NCBI GenBank assembly: GCA_902826395.1
Contig: CADEER010000004.1
Location: 3,574-67,573 of the forward strand
Length of the DNA stretch: 64,000 nucleotides
Direction: 5' to 3'
Source of the DNA: an uncultured bacterium
GTDB taxonomy: Bacteria; Desulfobacterota; Binatia; HRBIN30; CADEER01
Every line of letters starts with the position of its first letter. The stretch's first letter is position 1. The notes beneath the pieces are model-generated. The model was not told where the DNA came from and searched no databases. It was given only the letters and a program-made list of their open reading frames with translations. A program made the position numbers and the translations under genes. Of the stretch, positions 50,097 to 60,175 are shown piece after piece.

Positions 50097-50810
50097 GTGG
50101 AAGCCGCCGTCGCGCTATCGAACGTCAGCCGTGTCTTCGGATCGCTGCGCGCGCTCGACTCCATCAATCTGGAGTTCCCGGTCGGGTCTTCTACCGCTTT
50201 GATGGGCCCAAATGGGGCCGGCAAGACCACGCTGCTGAAAGTTTGCGCGACCCTGATCTCACCCACTTCTGGCGAGCTGCGCGTCGCCGGCCTCGATCCG
50301 CGCCGCGACGGCGCGCTGGTGCGCGCCGGTCTCGCCGTACTGGGACACGATTCCCACCTCTACGGCGATCTCAACGCGACCGAGAATCTGAGCTTTACGG
50401 CTCGCTTGTACGGCATCGACGACGCTGACCGCCTCATCGCCGAAGCGCTGCAGCGAATGGGCTTGCGAGCTGCCGCCCGCCGACCCGTCCGCACGTACTC
50501 GCGCGGCATGCAGCAGCGCTGCGCCCTGGCGCGAGTCCTGTTACAGCGACCGCGCCTTCTGCTCCTCGACGAGCCGGCGACCGGCCTCGATGCCGCGGCG
50601 CGCAGCGCTCTCTACGAGATCGTCGCCGAGCTGCGGGACGCGGGAGCCACGGTGATCACGACCACCCACGACGTCGATGAAGCCGTCATTCTCTGCGACC
50701 GCGCGGTGGTTCTCGACAGCGGGCGAGTCGTCTGGAGTGGCAGCGTCGGCGCCACTGCGGCAGACGGCCGCAGCGAGCTCGAGACACGGCTGCGCACTGC
50801 CCACCGGTAA
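50097..50810 (+). CDS. ccmA: haem-exporter ABC ATPase CcmA
   Basis: Walker A GPNGAGKTT, ABC signature and Walker B. A GTG at 50097 gives the usual ~37 residues before the P-loop. The track ORF is much longer, overlapping the convergent nuclease gene. Confidence 0.75.
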   Translation: MEAAVALSNVSRVFGSLRALDSINLEFPVGSSTALMGPNGAGKTTLLKVCATLISPTSGELRVAGLDPRRDGALVRAGLAVLGHDSHLYGDLNATENLSFTARLYGIDDADRLIAEALQRMGLRAAARRPVRTYSRGMQQRCALARVLLQRPRLLLLDEPATGLDAAARSALYEIVAELRDAGATVITTTHDVDEAVILCDRAVVLDSGRVVWSGSVGATAADGRSELETRLRTAHR

Positions 50811-50814
50811 AACG

Positions 50815-51474
50815 ATGCTCTCCCTACTCTGGAAGGATCTTCTCGTCGAGCTGCGCACCAAGGAAACCCTGGCCTCGCTCTTCCTGCTCGGCACCTTGCT
50901 GCTGCTCGTGCTCAGCTTTGCCTTCGATCCGACCAACCCCCTGCGCGAGAGCGCCGCGCCCGGCGTCCTCTGGGTCGCGATCATCTTCGCTGGGACAGGA
51001 GCGATCAATCGCTCGCTGCTGCGCGAGCGCGAGAACGACGCGCTGTCCGGGCTACTACTGGCTCCGATCGACCGCGGCACCATCTTTCTCGCCAAGGCCA
51101 CGATCAACTTCATTCTGCTCTGGATCGCCGAGTGCTTTCTCGTTCCGCTCTTCATCTTCTTCTTCAATCTGCCGTTCCTGAGCACGATCGCGAGTCTGGC
51201 GATCGTCGTACCGTTGACCACCCTCGGCTTCGCAGCCATCGCCACCTTGTTCTCGGCAATCGCGATTCGCACCCGCGCTCGCGAGATCATGTTGCCCCTA
51301 CTGATGCTGCCGCTCGCCACTCCCCTCTTCCTCGCGGCGGTAGAGATCACGACAGCCCTGCTTGCCGGCACGCCTCTCGCACAGGTCTCGCATTGGTTCA
51401 GACTGATGCTCGCATTCGACGTGGTCTTCCTGGTTGTCGGTTGGTTGACCTTCGAATATGCTGTCGCGGAGTGA
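50815..51474 (+). CDS. ccmB: haem exporter permease CcmB
   Basis: 6-TM protein in the CcmB family. The ATG lies 5 nt after the ccmA stop. Confidence 0.75.
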   Translation: MLSLLWKDLLVELRTKETLASLFLLGTLLLLVLSFAFDPTNPLRESAAPGVLWVAIIFAGTGAINRSLLRERENDALSGLLLAPIDRGTIFLAKATINFILLWIAECFLVPLFIFFFNLPFLSTIASLAIVVPLTTLGFAAIATLFSAIAIRTRAREIMLPLLMLPLATPLFLAAVEITTALLAGTPLAQVSHWFRLMLAFDVVFLVVGWLTFEYAVAE

Positions 51475-51478
51475 ACCG

Positions 51479-52189
51479 ATGAGACCCGGCCAGCAAACCC
51501 CATCGAAGACCGACTCACTCGCTCCGGTCGCGGTCATGGTCTCGATGGTCGCTGCCATGTTCATGGTCTTCATCGCCGTGCCCAACGACGCTTACCAGGG
51601 TCCCGTGCAGCGCATCTTCTACATCCATCTGTCGATGTGGCTGCCGACCTTTACCGCATTCGGAATCGTCGGTGTCGCCAGCTTGCTGTTTCTGTGGAAG
51701 AGGGACCGTCGCTGGGATCACCTCGCTACCGCTTCCGCCGAGCTGGGCCTGTTGTTCTGCACCCTCGGCCTGGCGACCGGCTGCATCTGGGCGAAGCCGA
51801 TCTGGGGCACATGGTGGACATGGGATCCGCGTTTGACGCTGACCCTCGTGCTTTGGATGATCTACGCCGCCTACCTGCTGCTGCGTACGCTAGCCACAGA
51901 TCCCAACCAAGGTGCCGTCATGGCTGCGATCCTCGGTGTTTCTGGAGTCATCGACCTCTATCTGGTCAACCGCGCCGTCTATTGGTGGCGCGGAATCCAT
52001 CCGGCCGTGGTCGTCAACAAGGATGGCGGCTCCGGATTGAACGACCCGATGATGCGGCTGACGTTGATGGTCTGCATGCTCGCCTTCTTCCTGCTTTTTC
52101 TCTGGCTGCTGCGCCTGCGCGTCCGCACCGCCCATCTCGAGGATGAGGTGGACGAGCTTCGCCATCACGTCCTGGCCGCCCAGGTTTGA
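51479..52189 (+). CDS. ccmC: haem exporter CcmC
   Basis: WWD domain WGTWWTWDPRLT and conserved His residues. Confidence 0.8.
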   Translation: MRPGQQTPSKTDSLAPVAVMVSMVAAMFMVFIAVPNDAYQGPVQRIFYIHLSMWLPTFTAFGIVGVASLLFLWKRDRRWDHLATASAELGLLFCTLGLATGCIWAKPIWGTWWTWDPRLTLTLVLWMIYAAYLLLRTLATDPNQGAVMAAILGVSGVIDLYLVNRAVYWWRGIHPAVVVNKDGGSGLNDPMMRLTLMVCMLAFFLLFLWLLRLRVRTAHLEDEVDELRHHVLAAQV

Positions 52190-52207
52190 TCCCGCGAGGA
52201 ACCACAC

Positions 52208-52363
52208 GTGCATCTTTCGTTCTTGTTCGCGGCTTTCGCCGTCGTTTGGGTCGGAGTTCTGGCATACGTGCTGAGCCTCGCTCGACGTAACCGCGACCTG
52301 CAGCATGACCTCGAGGATCTGCGAGCCATCGTCGAGCAGCGTCGCTCGCGAGGCGCCGACTGA
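52208..52363 (+). CDS. ccmD: haem exporter protein CcmD (51 aa; not in ORF track)
   Basis: A GTG with a GAGGA RBS lies 19 nt after the ccmC stop. The product VHLSFLFAAFAVVWVGVLAYVLSLARRNRDLQHDLEDLRAIVEQRRSRGAD has a single TM helix and a charged tail, typical of CcmD. Confidence 0.5.
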   Translation: MHLSFLFAAFAVVWVGVLAYVLSLARRNRDLQHDLEDLRAIVEQRRSRGAD

Positions 52364-52405
52364 GAGAACCGCCGTCGCAGCTCGGCGATAGCGGCGCTCT
52401 GGCCA

Positions 52406-53326
52406 TTGACACGCAGTCCCGCCTCCTACGTTGACGACCCTCCCGTCTCCGGACATGGTAGAGCCGTGAGCGATGGTCCCCTCAGCGAGCTGACGCTTCT
52501 CAGCTTCGAGAGCCGGCGCGCCGCGGAAATTGCACAGCTCGTCGCCGGCTACGGTGGCGAGATCATTTCTGCCCCGTCGATGCGCGAGGTCCCGCTGGCC
52601 GAGAACGATGCCGTGCGTGACCTTCTCGCGCGCCTCGATGCAGGCACCATCGATGTCCTCGTACTCCTGACCGGGGTCGGCACCACGGCGTTGGTAGAAG
52701 TTTTGGCGCCGCGCTGCTCCGCCGCGCGCCTGCGCGAGCTATTGCAACGCCCCCGAATCATCGCCCGCGGCCCCAAGCCGCGTGCCGCCCTGCGAACTAC
52801 GCTCGGCATGGAGCCGGATTTCAACGTCCCCGAGCCCAACACCTGGCGCGAGCTCGTCACTACCGTCGAGACCGCGTGCTCCCCTCTAGCGGACAAGGCG
52901 ATCGCGGTGCAGGAGTACGGCCGCACCAACGACGAGCTACTCGCAGCTCTCCGGTCCCGCGGCGCAGAGGTACTGAGCGTGCCCGTGTATCGATGGGGCC
53001 TTCCCGAAGACCTCGAGCCGCTGCGCCGCGGCGTGCGCACGCTCGCAACCGGGGCCGCCGACGTGGCGCTCTTCACCAGCGCCCAACAATGTGCCCACGT
53101 CCTGCAGGTCGCCGCCGATCTCGGCCTCGACGGAGAGCTGCGCAGCACGGCGGCGCGGGTCGCCTTTGCCTCGGTCGGGCCGATCTGTAGCGAGGCTCTG
53201 CGTGCCGCCGGCCTGCCGGTGGACATCGAACCGGCGAAGCCCAAGATGGGACCGCTGATTCGCGAGGTCGCTCAGCAAGCGCGCCACGTTCTCGCAGCCA
53301 AGCGCAGCAACGGTTCGCCGAGATGA
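52406..53326 (+). CDS. hemD: uroporphyrinogen-III synthase (HemD-like); start uncertain (TTG at 52406 or GTG at 52466)
   Basis: HemD-like N-terminus LSELTLLSFESRRAAEIAQLV... It sits directly upstream of hemE and hemY. Confidence 0.5.
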   Translation: MTRSPASYVDDPPVSGHGRAVSDGPLSELTLLSFESRRAAEIAQLVAGYGGEIISAPSMREVPLAENDAVRDLLARLDAGTIDVLVLLTGVGTTALVEVLAPRCSAARLRELLQRPRIIARGPKPRAALRTTLGMEPDFNVPEPNTWRELVTTVETACSPLADKAIAVQEYGRTNDELLAALRSRGAEVLSVPVYRWGLPEDLEPLRRGVRTLATGAADVALFTSAQQCAHVLQVAADLGLDGELRSTAARVAFASVGPICSEALRAAGLPVDIEPAKPKMGPLIREVAQQARHVLAAKRSNGSPR

Positions 53327-53423
53327 TCGAAGTCGCCGTCGCAGTCGGCTCGATGCCGCACACCGCCTCAGTCGCGAACATGACCGTTCCGTACTTTCTC
53401 GAGCGTCCGACCCGGCCGACAGC

Positions 53424-54461
53424 GTGAAGGATTCCGTCTTCCTGAGAGCGTGTCGGCGCGAGACAACGCCCTACACGCCGATCTGGCTGATGCGCCAAGC
53501 AGGCCGCTACATGCCGGAGTATCGAGCCGTGCGCGAGGGGGTCTCTTTTCTCGATCTGTGCCGCGACTCCGAAAAGGCGGCGGACGTTACGATCACCGCG
53601 GCGAGGCGATTGCAGGTCGACGCCGCAATCATCTTTGCCGACATCCTGTTGATCCTCGAGCCGCTCGAGGTTGGACTCGAGTTCACGCGCGGCGACGGCC
53701 CCAACATCCGCGAGCCGGTGCGCAGCACCGAGCGCGTCGACACCCTGCGCCTCTACGACGTTCGCGACCGACTCGCCTTCGTCTACGAGGCGATACGCCT
53801 CACTCGATCCGAGCTCACTGAGATGCCGCTCATCGGCTTCGCTGGCGCACCATTCACTCTGGCGTCCTATCTCATCGAGGGTGGCGGCTCGCGCAACTAC
53901 ATCCTGACCAAGCGCTTCATGTACGAGCACGAACCGGCCTGGCATCGGCTGATGAGCCTGCTCGCCACCCTGGTGGCAAACTACCTCGCCGCGCAGATCG
54001 AGGCCGGCGCCCAAGCCATCCAGTTGTTCGACAGTTGGGTCGGGTGTCTGACGCCGCAGGATTACGTTCGCTACGTCGCGCCGCACACCACCGTCGCTCT
54101 GAGTAAGATCACCGGGCGCGTACCCGTGATTCATTTCGGCACCGGCACGTCCGGGATACTGCGGGCGATGCGCGAAGCGGGCGGCGACGTCATCGGCGCC
54201 GACTGGCGAATTGTGCTCGACGACGCCTGGGAACGGATCGGCACCGACCGCGCCATCCAGGGCAACCTCGACCCGGTCACTCTGTTCGCACCCACCGACG
54301 TCATCGATCGAGCCGCGAAGGACATCTTGCGACGCGCAGCAGGGCGCCCCGGGCATATCTTCAATCTGGGTCACGGGATCCTTCCGGAGACGCCAGTCGA
54401 TCACGTCAAGTTCCTGATCGACTGCGTCCACGAGGCCAGCGCGGCCGGGCGAGCGACATGA
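53424..54461 (+). CDS. hemE: uroporphyrinogen decarboxylase
   Basis: PIWLMRQAGRYMPEYR signature. GTG start. It is 345 aa. Confidence 0.9.
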   Translation: MKDSVFLRACRRETTPYTPIWLMRQAGRYMPEYRAVREGVSFLDLCRDSEKAADVTITAARRLQVDAAIIFADILLILEPLEVGLEFTRGDGPNIREPVRSTERVDTLRLYDVRDRLAFVYEAIRLTRSELTEMPLIGFAGAPFTLASYLIEGGGSRNYILTKRFMYEHEPAWHRLMSLLATLVANYLAAQIEAGAQAIQLFDSWVGCLTPQDYVRYVAPHTTVALSKITGRVPVIHFGTGTSGILRAMREAGGDVIGADWRIVLDDAWERIGTDRAIQGNLDPVTLFAPTDVIDRAAKDILRRAAGRPGHIFNLGHGILPETPVDHVKFLIDCVHEASAAGRAT

Positions 54462-55903
54462 ATCGCGCCGAGAACACCGGGGCGCCGTGTCGTGTCGCAG
54501 TCATCGGTGGCGGGATCACTGGGCTGGCTGCGGCGCATCGTCTTTTCGAGCTCAGCCGCGATCGGGACCTGGCGGTCGAGACACGCTTGTTCGAGGCGGG
54601 GCCGCGGCTGGGCGGCGTGATTCGCACCGAGACCAGCGACGGATTCGTCTGTGAGCACGGCCCCGACTCGTTTCTTTCCGAGAAGCCGGCTGCCGTCCAG
54701 CTCTGCGAGCGCCTCGGTATCACCGGGCGCTTGATCGGAACCCAAGAACAATTTCGCCGCACCTACGTCGAGTTCGGCGGCGCCCTGCACCCGCTGCCCG
54801 ACGGGTTCTCCCTGATGGCACCGACCCGCCTCGCACCCCTCGCATCGAGTGGCTTGTTCACTCTCGCCGGTAAGGCGCGGATGGCCCTCGATCTCGTGCT
54901 GCCGCGCCGCATGGTGGAAGACGAAAGTCTGGCGTCGTTCGTCAAGCGCCGCCTCGGGCGCCAAGCCCTGGAGCGAGTCGCGCAACCTCTGGTCGGCGGG
55001 ATCTACACGGCGGATCCCGCGACTCTCAGCCTGGCGGCGACCATGCCCCGGTTCATCGAGCTGGAGCGCGACTACGGAAGCATCATTCGCGGACTGCGGG
55101 TTCAGAGCCGCACGTCTGTAGCGACTCGCCAAGCCAGCGGCGCGCGCTGGAGCCTGTTTCTCAGTTTCGCTGACGGTATGGAAACCATTGTCAGCGTTCT
55201 GGCAGAACGCCTGCCGCGCAGGACCGTGCGAACGAGCGCCCCCGTGCGGACTATCGCGCGCACCGCCGCTGGTTGGCGGCTCGACGACGGCGAGGTTTTC
55301 GATGCCGTCATCGTCGCTCTGCCCGCCCCGGCGGCCGGCCGGACGCTGCGCGGCGTCGACCCGGCGCTGGCAGCCGATCTCGAGTCGATCGCCTACGCTT
55401 CCTCGGCGGTCGTCAACCTCGCATATCCTCGCGAGGCCATCCCGCATCCGCTCGATGGGTTCGGCTTCGTCGTGCCCCATGTAGCGAAGCGCCGAATCAT
55501 CGCCTGCAGCTACAGCTTCCTGAAGTACGCGCGCCGGGCGCCTGCCGGCTTTGCACTCCTGCGTTGCTTCGTCGGCGGCGCCCTGAGCACGGCAATTGCG
55601 AGTCTCCCCGACGACGAGATGGTGAATGCGGTGCGCGACGAGCTACGCGACATACTCGGTATTGCGGCCGCGCCGTCGATGACCATCGTGTCGCGCTACC
55701 CCGACTCGATGCCGCAGTACGAAGTCGGTCATCTGCGCCGGCTGGAGCGAATCGAGCGGCGTGTCGCTGCCCTTTCCAACCTCGAGCTGGCGGGAAACGG
55801 CTACCGCGGAGTCGGCATCCCCGATTGCATCGCCAGCGGGGAGCGCGCTGCGGAAGCGGTGTGCGCCCGCCTGCTTTCACGACCGGTGACGGCCGCTGCT
55901 TGA
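54458..55903 (+). CDS. hemY: protoporphyrinogen/coproporphyrinogen oxidase (HemY/PgoX family, FAD)
   Basis: FAD motif VAVIGGGITGLAAAHRL. It is 481 aa with an ATGA overlap with hemE. Confidence 0.75.
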   Translation: MNRAENTGAPCRVAVIGGGITGLAAAHRLFELSRDRDLAVETRLFEAGPRLGGVIRTETSDGFVCEHGPDSFLSEKPAAVQLCERLGITGRLIGTQEQFRRTYVEFGGALHPLPDGFSLMAPTRLAPLASSGLFTLAGKARMALDLVLPRRMVEDESLASFVKRRLGRQALERVAQPLVGGIYTADPATLSLAATMPRFIELERDYGSIIRGLRVQSRTSVATRQASGARWSLFLSFADGMETIVSVLAERLPRRTVRTSAPVRTIARTAAGWRLDDGEVFDAVIVALPAPAAGRTLRGVDPALAADLESIAYASSAVVNLAYPREAIPHPLDGFGFVVPHVAKRRIIACSYSFLKYARRAPAGFALLRCFVGGALSTAIASLPDDEMVNAVRDELRDILGIAAAPSMTIVSRYPDSMPQYEVGHLRRLERIERRVAALSNLELAGNGYRGVGIPDCIASGERAAEAVCARLLSRPVTAAA

Positions 55904-56109
55904 CGCTCCGGAAGATCGCGACATCGACCGGTCAGCGCCATCTCGCGTCCAACTGTGACGCGGCGCTTGTACTTGACACTGCCATTGCCTAGTCTGCGCC
56001 AGACTCGAAGCGCCGGGCGAGATGAGACGATCCGCCGTAAAGCGCTACCCGAGAACAACACCAGGAGTCCTCAGCGCGATCAGATTGATCCACCGTCCGC
56101 CAACCGGCC

Positions 56110-56760
56110 ATGGCCACCGTCCATTCTAGACATGCGGTTCGCCATCCGCGCCGCGTGCGGTGCGACGGGCCAAGCGCGATGACGGCGATTGCCGAGCTTC
56201 GAGCCCCAAGACGTGACCTACCCCGCTACCGGCCCGGGTACCCGCTACCCTCTTATCGATACATTCCCGGCCTCCACCCACATCCGGTCAGAGACCCTCG
56301 TGGCCATTCATTCGGCGTCGCTGAGTCGTTGGACGACCTCGCCGGATGGAATCCACGCGATTGGCCGCTCCTCGACCCATGGCTCTGGGGTGCCGATCTC
56401 TACAACCGCTTCTACTTCTGGGAAGCGCACGAAGCGTGGGAATCCCTTTGGCGCAGCACGGACCGCGGCAGCGAGGCGGGCCTGTTGCTGCAGGGGTTGA
56501 TCCAGATCGCGGCGGCCTTGCTCAAGGTCCATCTTCGATCGACAGCCGGAGCCATGCGCTTGTCCACCACCGCCATCGAAAAACTCACCGTCGTCTCGAC
56601 GCGGACTCCGTTCCTGATGGGAATGGACGTGGTCGATACGACCCACGAAATGCAAATTTACTTCAGTCCACTCGCCCGCCAGGTCCTGCCGTCGCTCGAC
56701 GACGGGGTGCCAGTCGTGCGCCTGGAGTTGGAGCCCGACCGCCGGGAGCTGCGATCATGA
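56110..56760 (+). CDS. DUF309 domain protein
   Basis: DUF309 core LYNRFYFWEAHEAWESLW. The start could be 56110 or the internal Met at ~56179. Confidence 0.5.
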   Translation: MATVHSRHAVRHPRRVRCDGPSAMTAIAELRAPRRDLPRYRPGYPLPSYRYIPGLHPHPVRDPRGHSFGVAESLDDLAGWNPRDWPLLDPWLWGADLYNRFYFWEAHEAWESLWRSTDRGSEAGLLLQGLIQIAAALLKVHLRSTAGAMRLSTTAIEKLTVVSTRTPFLMGMDVVDTTHEMQIYFSPLARQVLPSLDDGVPVVRLELEPDRRELRS

Positions 56761-56853
56761 ACGATCAGCCTTGCCCCGGAACTGTCTCGGCCCACCCGGC
56801 GCCGCCGCACGGAGATCGCGCGCGCGGCCAGTGGACTCGTACAAGGAGGAAGA

Positions 56854-59250
56854 ATGCCCAAAGTCATGCTGATCAATGTCACCCACTCCGAGGAGAGTCG
56901 GGTAGGCATCATGAACGAGGGAGTGCTCGAATCGTTTGAGATCGAGTCGCTGAGCAGGGCCCATCTCAAGGGAAACATCTACAAGGGGATCGTCCACCGC
57001 ATCCACCCGGCGCTAGAGGCAGCGTTCGTCGACATCGGCGCCGAACGCGACGCCTTCCTGCCGCTCGATGAGATCTGCTTCCGCAATCTCGACGAGAGTG
57101 CCAAGGGCGACGGCCGTGCCAACGGAACCGGCGGCAAGCGGCAGTTGCGAATCCGCGACGTGCTCCGTCCCGGCCAGCAGATTCTGGTTCAGATCACCAA
57201 AGAGCAGTTCGCAAACAAGCCACCGACCATCAGCACCTTCTACTCGCTACCCGGTCGCCATCTGGTGCTGCTACCCGGCACCGACGACACCGGCATCTCG
57301 CGGCGCATCGAAGGCGAAGATCGCGACCGATTGCGCAAGGCGGTGGACGATCTGAAGCGCGACGAGGGTTTCGGCCTCATCGTCCGCACCGTCGCCGGTC
57401 TCGAAGAGAACGGCGACGATCTGGCGCGCGACCTCGACTACTTGAAGCGCCTGTGGGCCAACGTACAGGCGGCCGCCAAGACGCAAGGCGCCCCGTCGCT
57501 GGTCTACCGCGAGCACGACATCGTGCAACGCGCCATCCGCGACTTCTACACACCCGACATTTCGGAAATCTACATCGACGACGAGGACGTCTTTCAGCGC
57601 GCCCGAGACTTCCTGCGCGCCATCATTCCGGGCAGCGAATCGGTTCTCCGCCTCTACCGCGGCGAGCAACCGCTCTTTTCGGCGTTCAAGGTGGAGGAGC
57701 AGATCGAGTCGGTGTTCGGCCGCCGCGTCCCGCTGCGCTCCGGCGGCTCCATCGTCATCGACGGCACGGAAGCCTTGACCGCCATCGACGTCAACTCCGG
57801 CGGCGCCGTGCGCGGCGCCAATCCGGAGGAAACCGCCTTCCGGACCAATCGCGAGGCGGCCGCCGAGGTCGCCCGTCAGCTCCGCTTGCGCGACATCGGC
57901 GGCATCATCGTCGTCGACTTCATCGACATGCGCGATTCGCCGCACATCCGCGAGATCGAGCAACTCATGCGCGACGAGATGCACATCGACAAGGCGCGCC
58001 ACGAGACCAGCCGCATCTCGAGCCTCGGACTGATGCAGATCTCACGCCAGCGGCTGCGGCCCGCCGCCGCGGCGACCAGCCACGTCACCTGCCCGCTGTG
58101 CCAGGGCTATGGGTCCGTGCGCACACACGAGTCGGCCGCGCTGGGAGCGATTCGCAAGATCCACAACCGCCTGTCGCTGGGCGACGTCGAGCGCATGCTC
58201 GTCACCCTGCCGCACGACGTCGGACTGTACGTCCTGAATCAGAAGCGCGAGGACCTCGCCAACCTCGAGTCGCGCTACGAGAGTCGCGTCGAGGTGCGGC
58301 TCAGCGAGCGCATGCTGCCGCACGAGATCGAGACCGAGGTGAAGGAGCGTTCGCGCACCAAGACAGTGGCTGCAGCAGTGGAGCCGGGCGGTGTTGCCGC
58401 CGCCAGCAGTGAACGCCCCGCCGCCAGCACTGAACGGCAAACCGCCAGCACGGAACGCACCGCGCCCAACGGCGAACGGGCTACTGCAGAGGGGCCCAAC
58501 GGCAAGCGGCGGCGGCGACGGAGACGACGGCGCGGCGGCCGCGGCACCGAAGGCGCCCTGCCCACCAGCGAGGCCGCCGACCAGTTCGCCGATGCCGAGG
58601 CGACGGCCTCCGATGCGCCGGGAGCAACTTCTCCGGAGAGCGAGCCAGCCCGAGCAGACAGCGCCGTCGACGCTCCCGTGCAAGGCGAGAGCCTCCCTCC
58701 ACAATCAACACCGGATGCGGCGACCAGCCCGCCGGCAGCCGCCGAGGACAGCAATGGCGGCAGCTCGCGCTCGCGCGGCCGCCGCTCGCGCGGCCGGCGC
58801 GGGGGACGTCGTCATCGCCCCGGTGGCGAGCTCGCTCAACAGCCGACGGCGGGAGTCTCCGACGCGCCTGTGACGAGAGCTTCGAGCGCCGCAACCAGCT
58901 CAGAGCCAATGGTCTCGGCGCCCGTCGCTCATCCCGGTGCGTCACATTTAGAGAAGGCCGCTGCGGTCGTCACCGCGCCTGCTTCGCCGGCAGAATCGTC
59001 CGTGCAGCCGATCGCTGCGGAAGCAAGCGCATCCGAGGCAAAGCCAACACGCCGGAAATCCACGACGGACAGCGAGAAGCCGGCCAAAAAGCCGGCTGCC
59101 AAGAAGACCGCGACCAAGGCCGCGGCCAAGAAGGCGCCCGCCAAGAAGACCACCAAGAAAGCAACCCCGCGCAAGTCCTCGGCCAAGAAGACTGGCGCCA
59201 AGACCGTCGATGCGACCGGAGCGGAGAAGAGCGCGGTGGGCGATGGGTGA
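56854..59250 (+). CDS. rne: ribonuclease E/G family endoribonuclease with long disordered Arg/Lys/Ala-rich C-terminal tail
   Basis: Conserved S1 and catalytic core (GNIYKGIVHRIHPALEAAFVDIG..., DVNSGG, Zn-link CPLCQGYG). The tail contains a poly-Arg segment and KKPAAKKTATKAAAKKAPAKK repeats. Confidence 0.85.
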   Translation: MPKVMLINVTHSEESRVGIMNEGVLESFEIESLSRAHLKGNIYKGIVHRIHPALEAAFVDIGAERDAFLPLDEICFRNLDESAKGDGRANGTGGKRQLRIRDVLRPGQQILVQITKEQFANKPPTISTFYSLPGRHLVLLPGTDDTGISRRIEGEDRDRLRKAVDDLKRDEGFGLIVRTVAGLEENGDDLARDLDYLKRLWANVQAAAKTQGAPSLVYREHDIVQRAIRDFYTPDISEIYIDDEDVFQRARDFLRAIIPGSESVLRLYRGEQPLFSAFKVEEQIESVFGRRVPLRSGGSIVIDGTEALTAIDVNSGGAVRGANPEETAFRTNREAAAEVARQLRLRDIGGIIVVDFIDMRDSPHIREIEQLMRDEMHIDKARHETSRISSLGLMQISRQRLRPAAAATSHVTCPLCQGYGSVRTHESAALGAIRKIHNRLSLGDVERMLVTLPHDVGLYVLNQKREDLANLESRYESRVEVRLSERMLPHEIETEVKERSRTKTVAAAVEPGGVAAASSERPAASTERQTASTERTAPNGERATAEGPNGKRRRRRRRRRGGRGTEGALPTSEAADQFADAEATASDAPGATSPESEPARADSAVDAPVQGESLPPQSTPDAATSPPAAAEDSNGGSSRSRGRRSRGRRGGRRHRPGGELAQQPTAGVSDAPVTRASSAATSSEPMVSAPVAHPGASHLEKAAAVVTAPASPAESSVQPIAAEASASEAKPTRRKSTTDSEKPAKKPAAKKTATKAAAKKAPAKKTTKKATPRKSSAKKTGAKTVDATGAEKSAVGDG

Positions 59251-59273
59251 CTACGCCCGCCCGCTCGCGTGAC

Positions 59274-59975
59274 TCAATTGTTGGCGCGGTAGCGGAACAT
59301 CCGCGAACGCCGAGTCGAGTCGGATAGCTCGAGGAACAGCAGACCGCGCACGATCATGAAGAAATAGATCAACAGCGCGGCCAAGAGGGTGCGCCCGAGA
59401 CTGAGGGCGAGTCCGCCTCCGGGGATGTTCCACACTGCCGGGAACGCCAGACCGAGCAAAATATTGAGCGGAAACCATTCGATCCAGTTCTGAAGAATGA
59501 AGCGGTAGCTCTCGCCGAGCAGCTCCATCGTCGAGCGGTGACTCAGATAGATGATCTCAGGCACCGCGTTGAAGAACACCCAGATCAGAATGGAGGAGAA
59601 GATCGTTGCGACGAGGTAGTACGGAGAATCGCGCAGCAGCGAGCCGACCAGCGTAAAGATCCATAGCGCGAACATCACTCCCAACACGTCGGCGAAGTAC
59701 GCTCCCAGGCTCGTCCGGAAGTCGTCCCACGTCACTTTGCCGCTGCGCACGATCGCCTCGATGCAGTACAGGAAGGACCCTCCGCAGAACGCCACCGCCA
59801 GCGGCATCAGGAAGCCACCCACCAGACCGATGCCGAGCATCACCATCGAGGCCGCGTTGAGCACGACCCCGTAGAACAGCATGGCGGCCGCGATCGGCCA
59901 GTTGCGTAGCGCCAACAGAGCGCCGCGCCCGACGACCCTTCTGTAGATCGCCAGCGTAGTGAGCAGCCATTCCAA
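59274..59975 (-). CDS. hypothetical polytopic membrane protein
   Basis: 233 aa, 5-6 predicted TM helices, native codon usage. No domain assigned. Confidence 0.45.
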   Translation of the reverse strand: MEWLLTTLAIYRRVVGRGALLALRNWPIAAAMLFYGVVLNAASMVMLGIGLVGGFLMPLAVAFCGGSFLYCIEAIVRSGKVTWDDFRTSLGAYFADVLGVMFALWIFTLVGSLLRDSPYYLVATIFSSILIWVFFNAVPEIIYLSHRSTMELLGESYRFILQNWIEWFPLNILLGLAFPAVWNIPGGGLALSLGRTLLAALLIYFFMIVRGLLFLELSDSTRRSRMFRYRANN

Positions 59976-60175
59976 GATTCAGATCCTTCCTCGACGGGGT
60001 GCGACGCGCGCCCGCAGGCTAACCGCGGACCGTCACCCGGTCAACGCGCACACGGTACTTGCGCCCGCGCTATCGACACCGGTCGTGCGACGCGACGGGA
60101 CCGAGAAATGAACGAACTTCGCGCACCGTCGGGAGCCCCTTTGCGAGCGAACGGTCAATCGGTATTGTCCGCGTG

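Noticed and set aside
59557-59970. 137-aa alternative-frame ORF inside the membrane-protein gene
   Set aside because: It is in the same region as, but a different frame from, the hydrophobic 233-aa ORF, and its product is Arg/Gly/Ala-rich. I prefer the membrane-protein frame.
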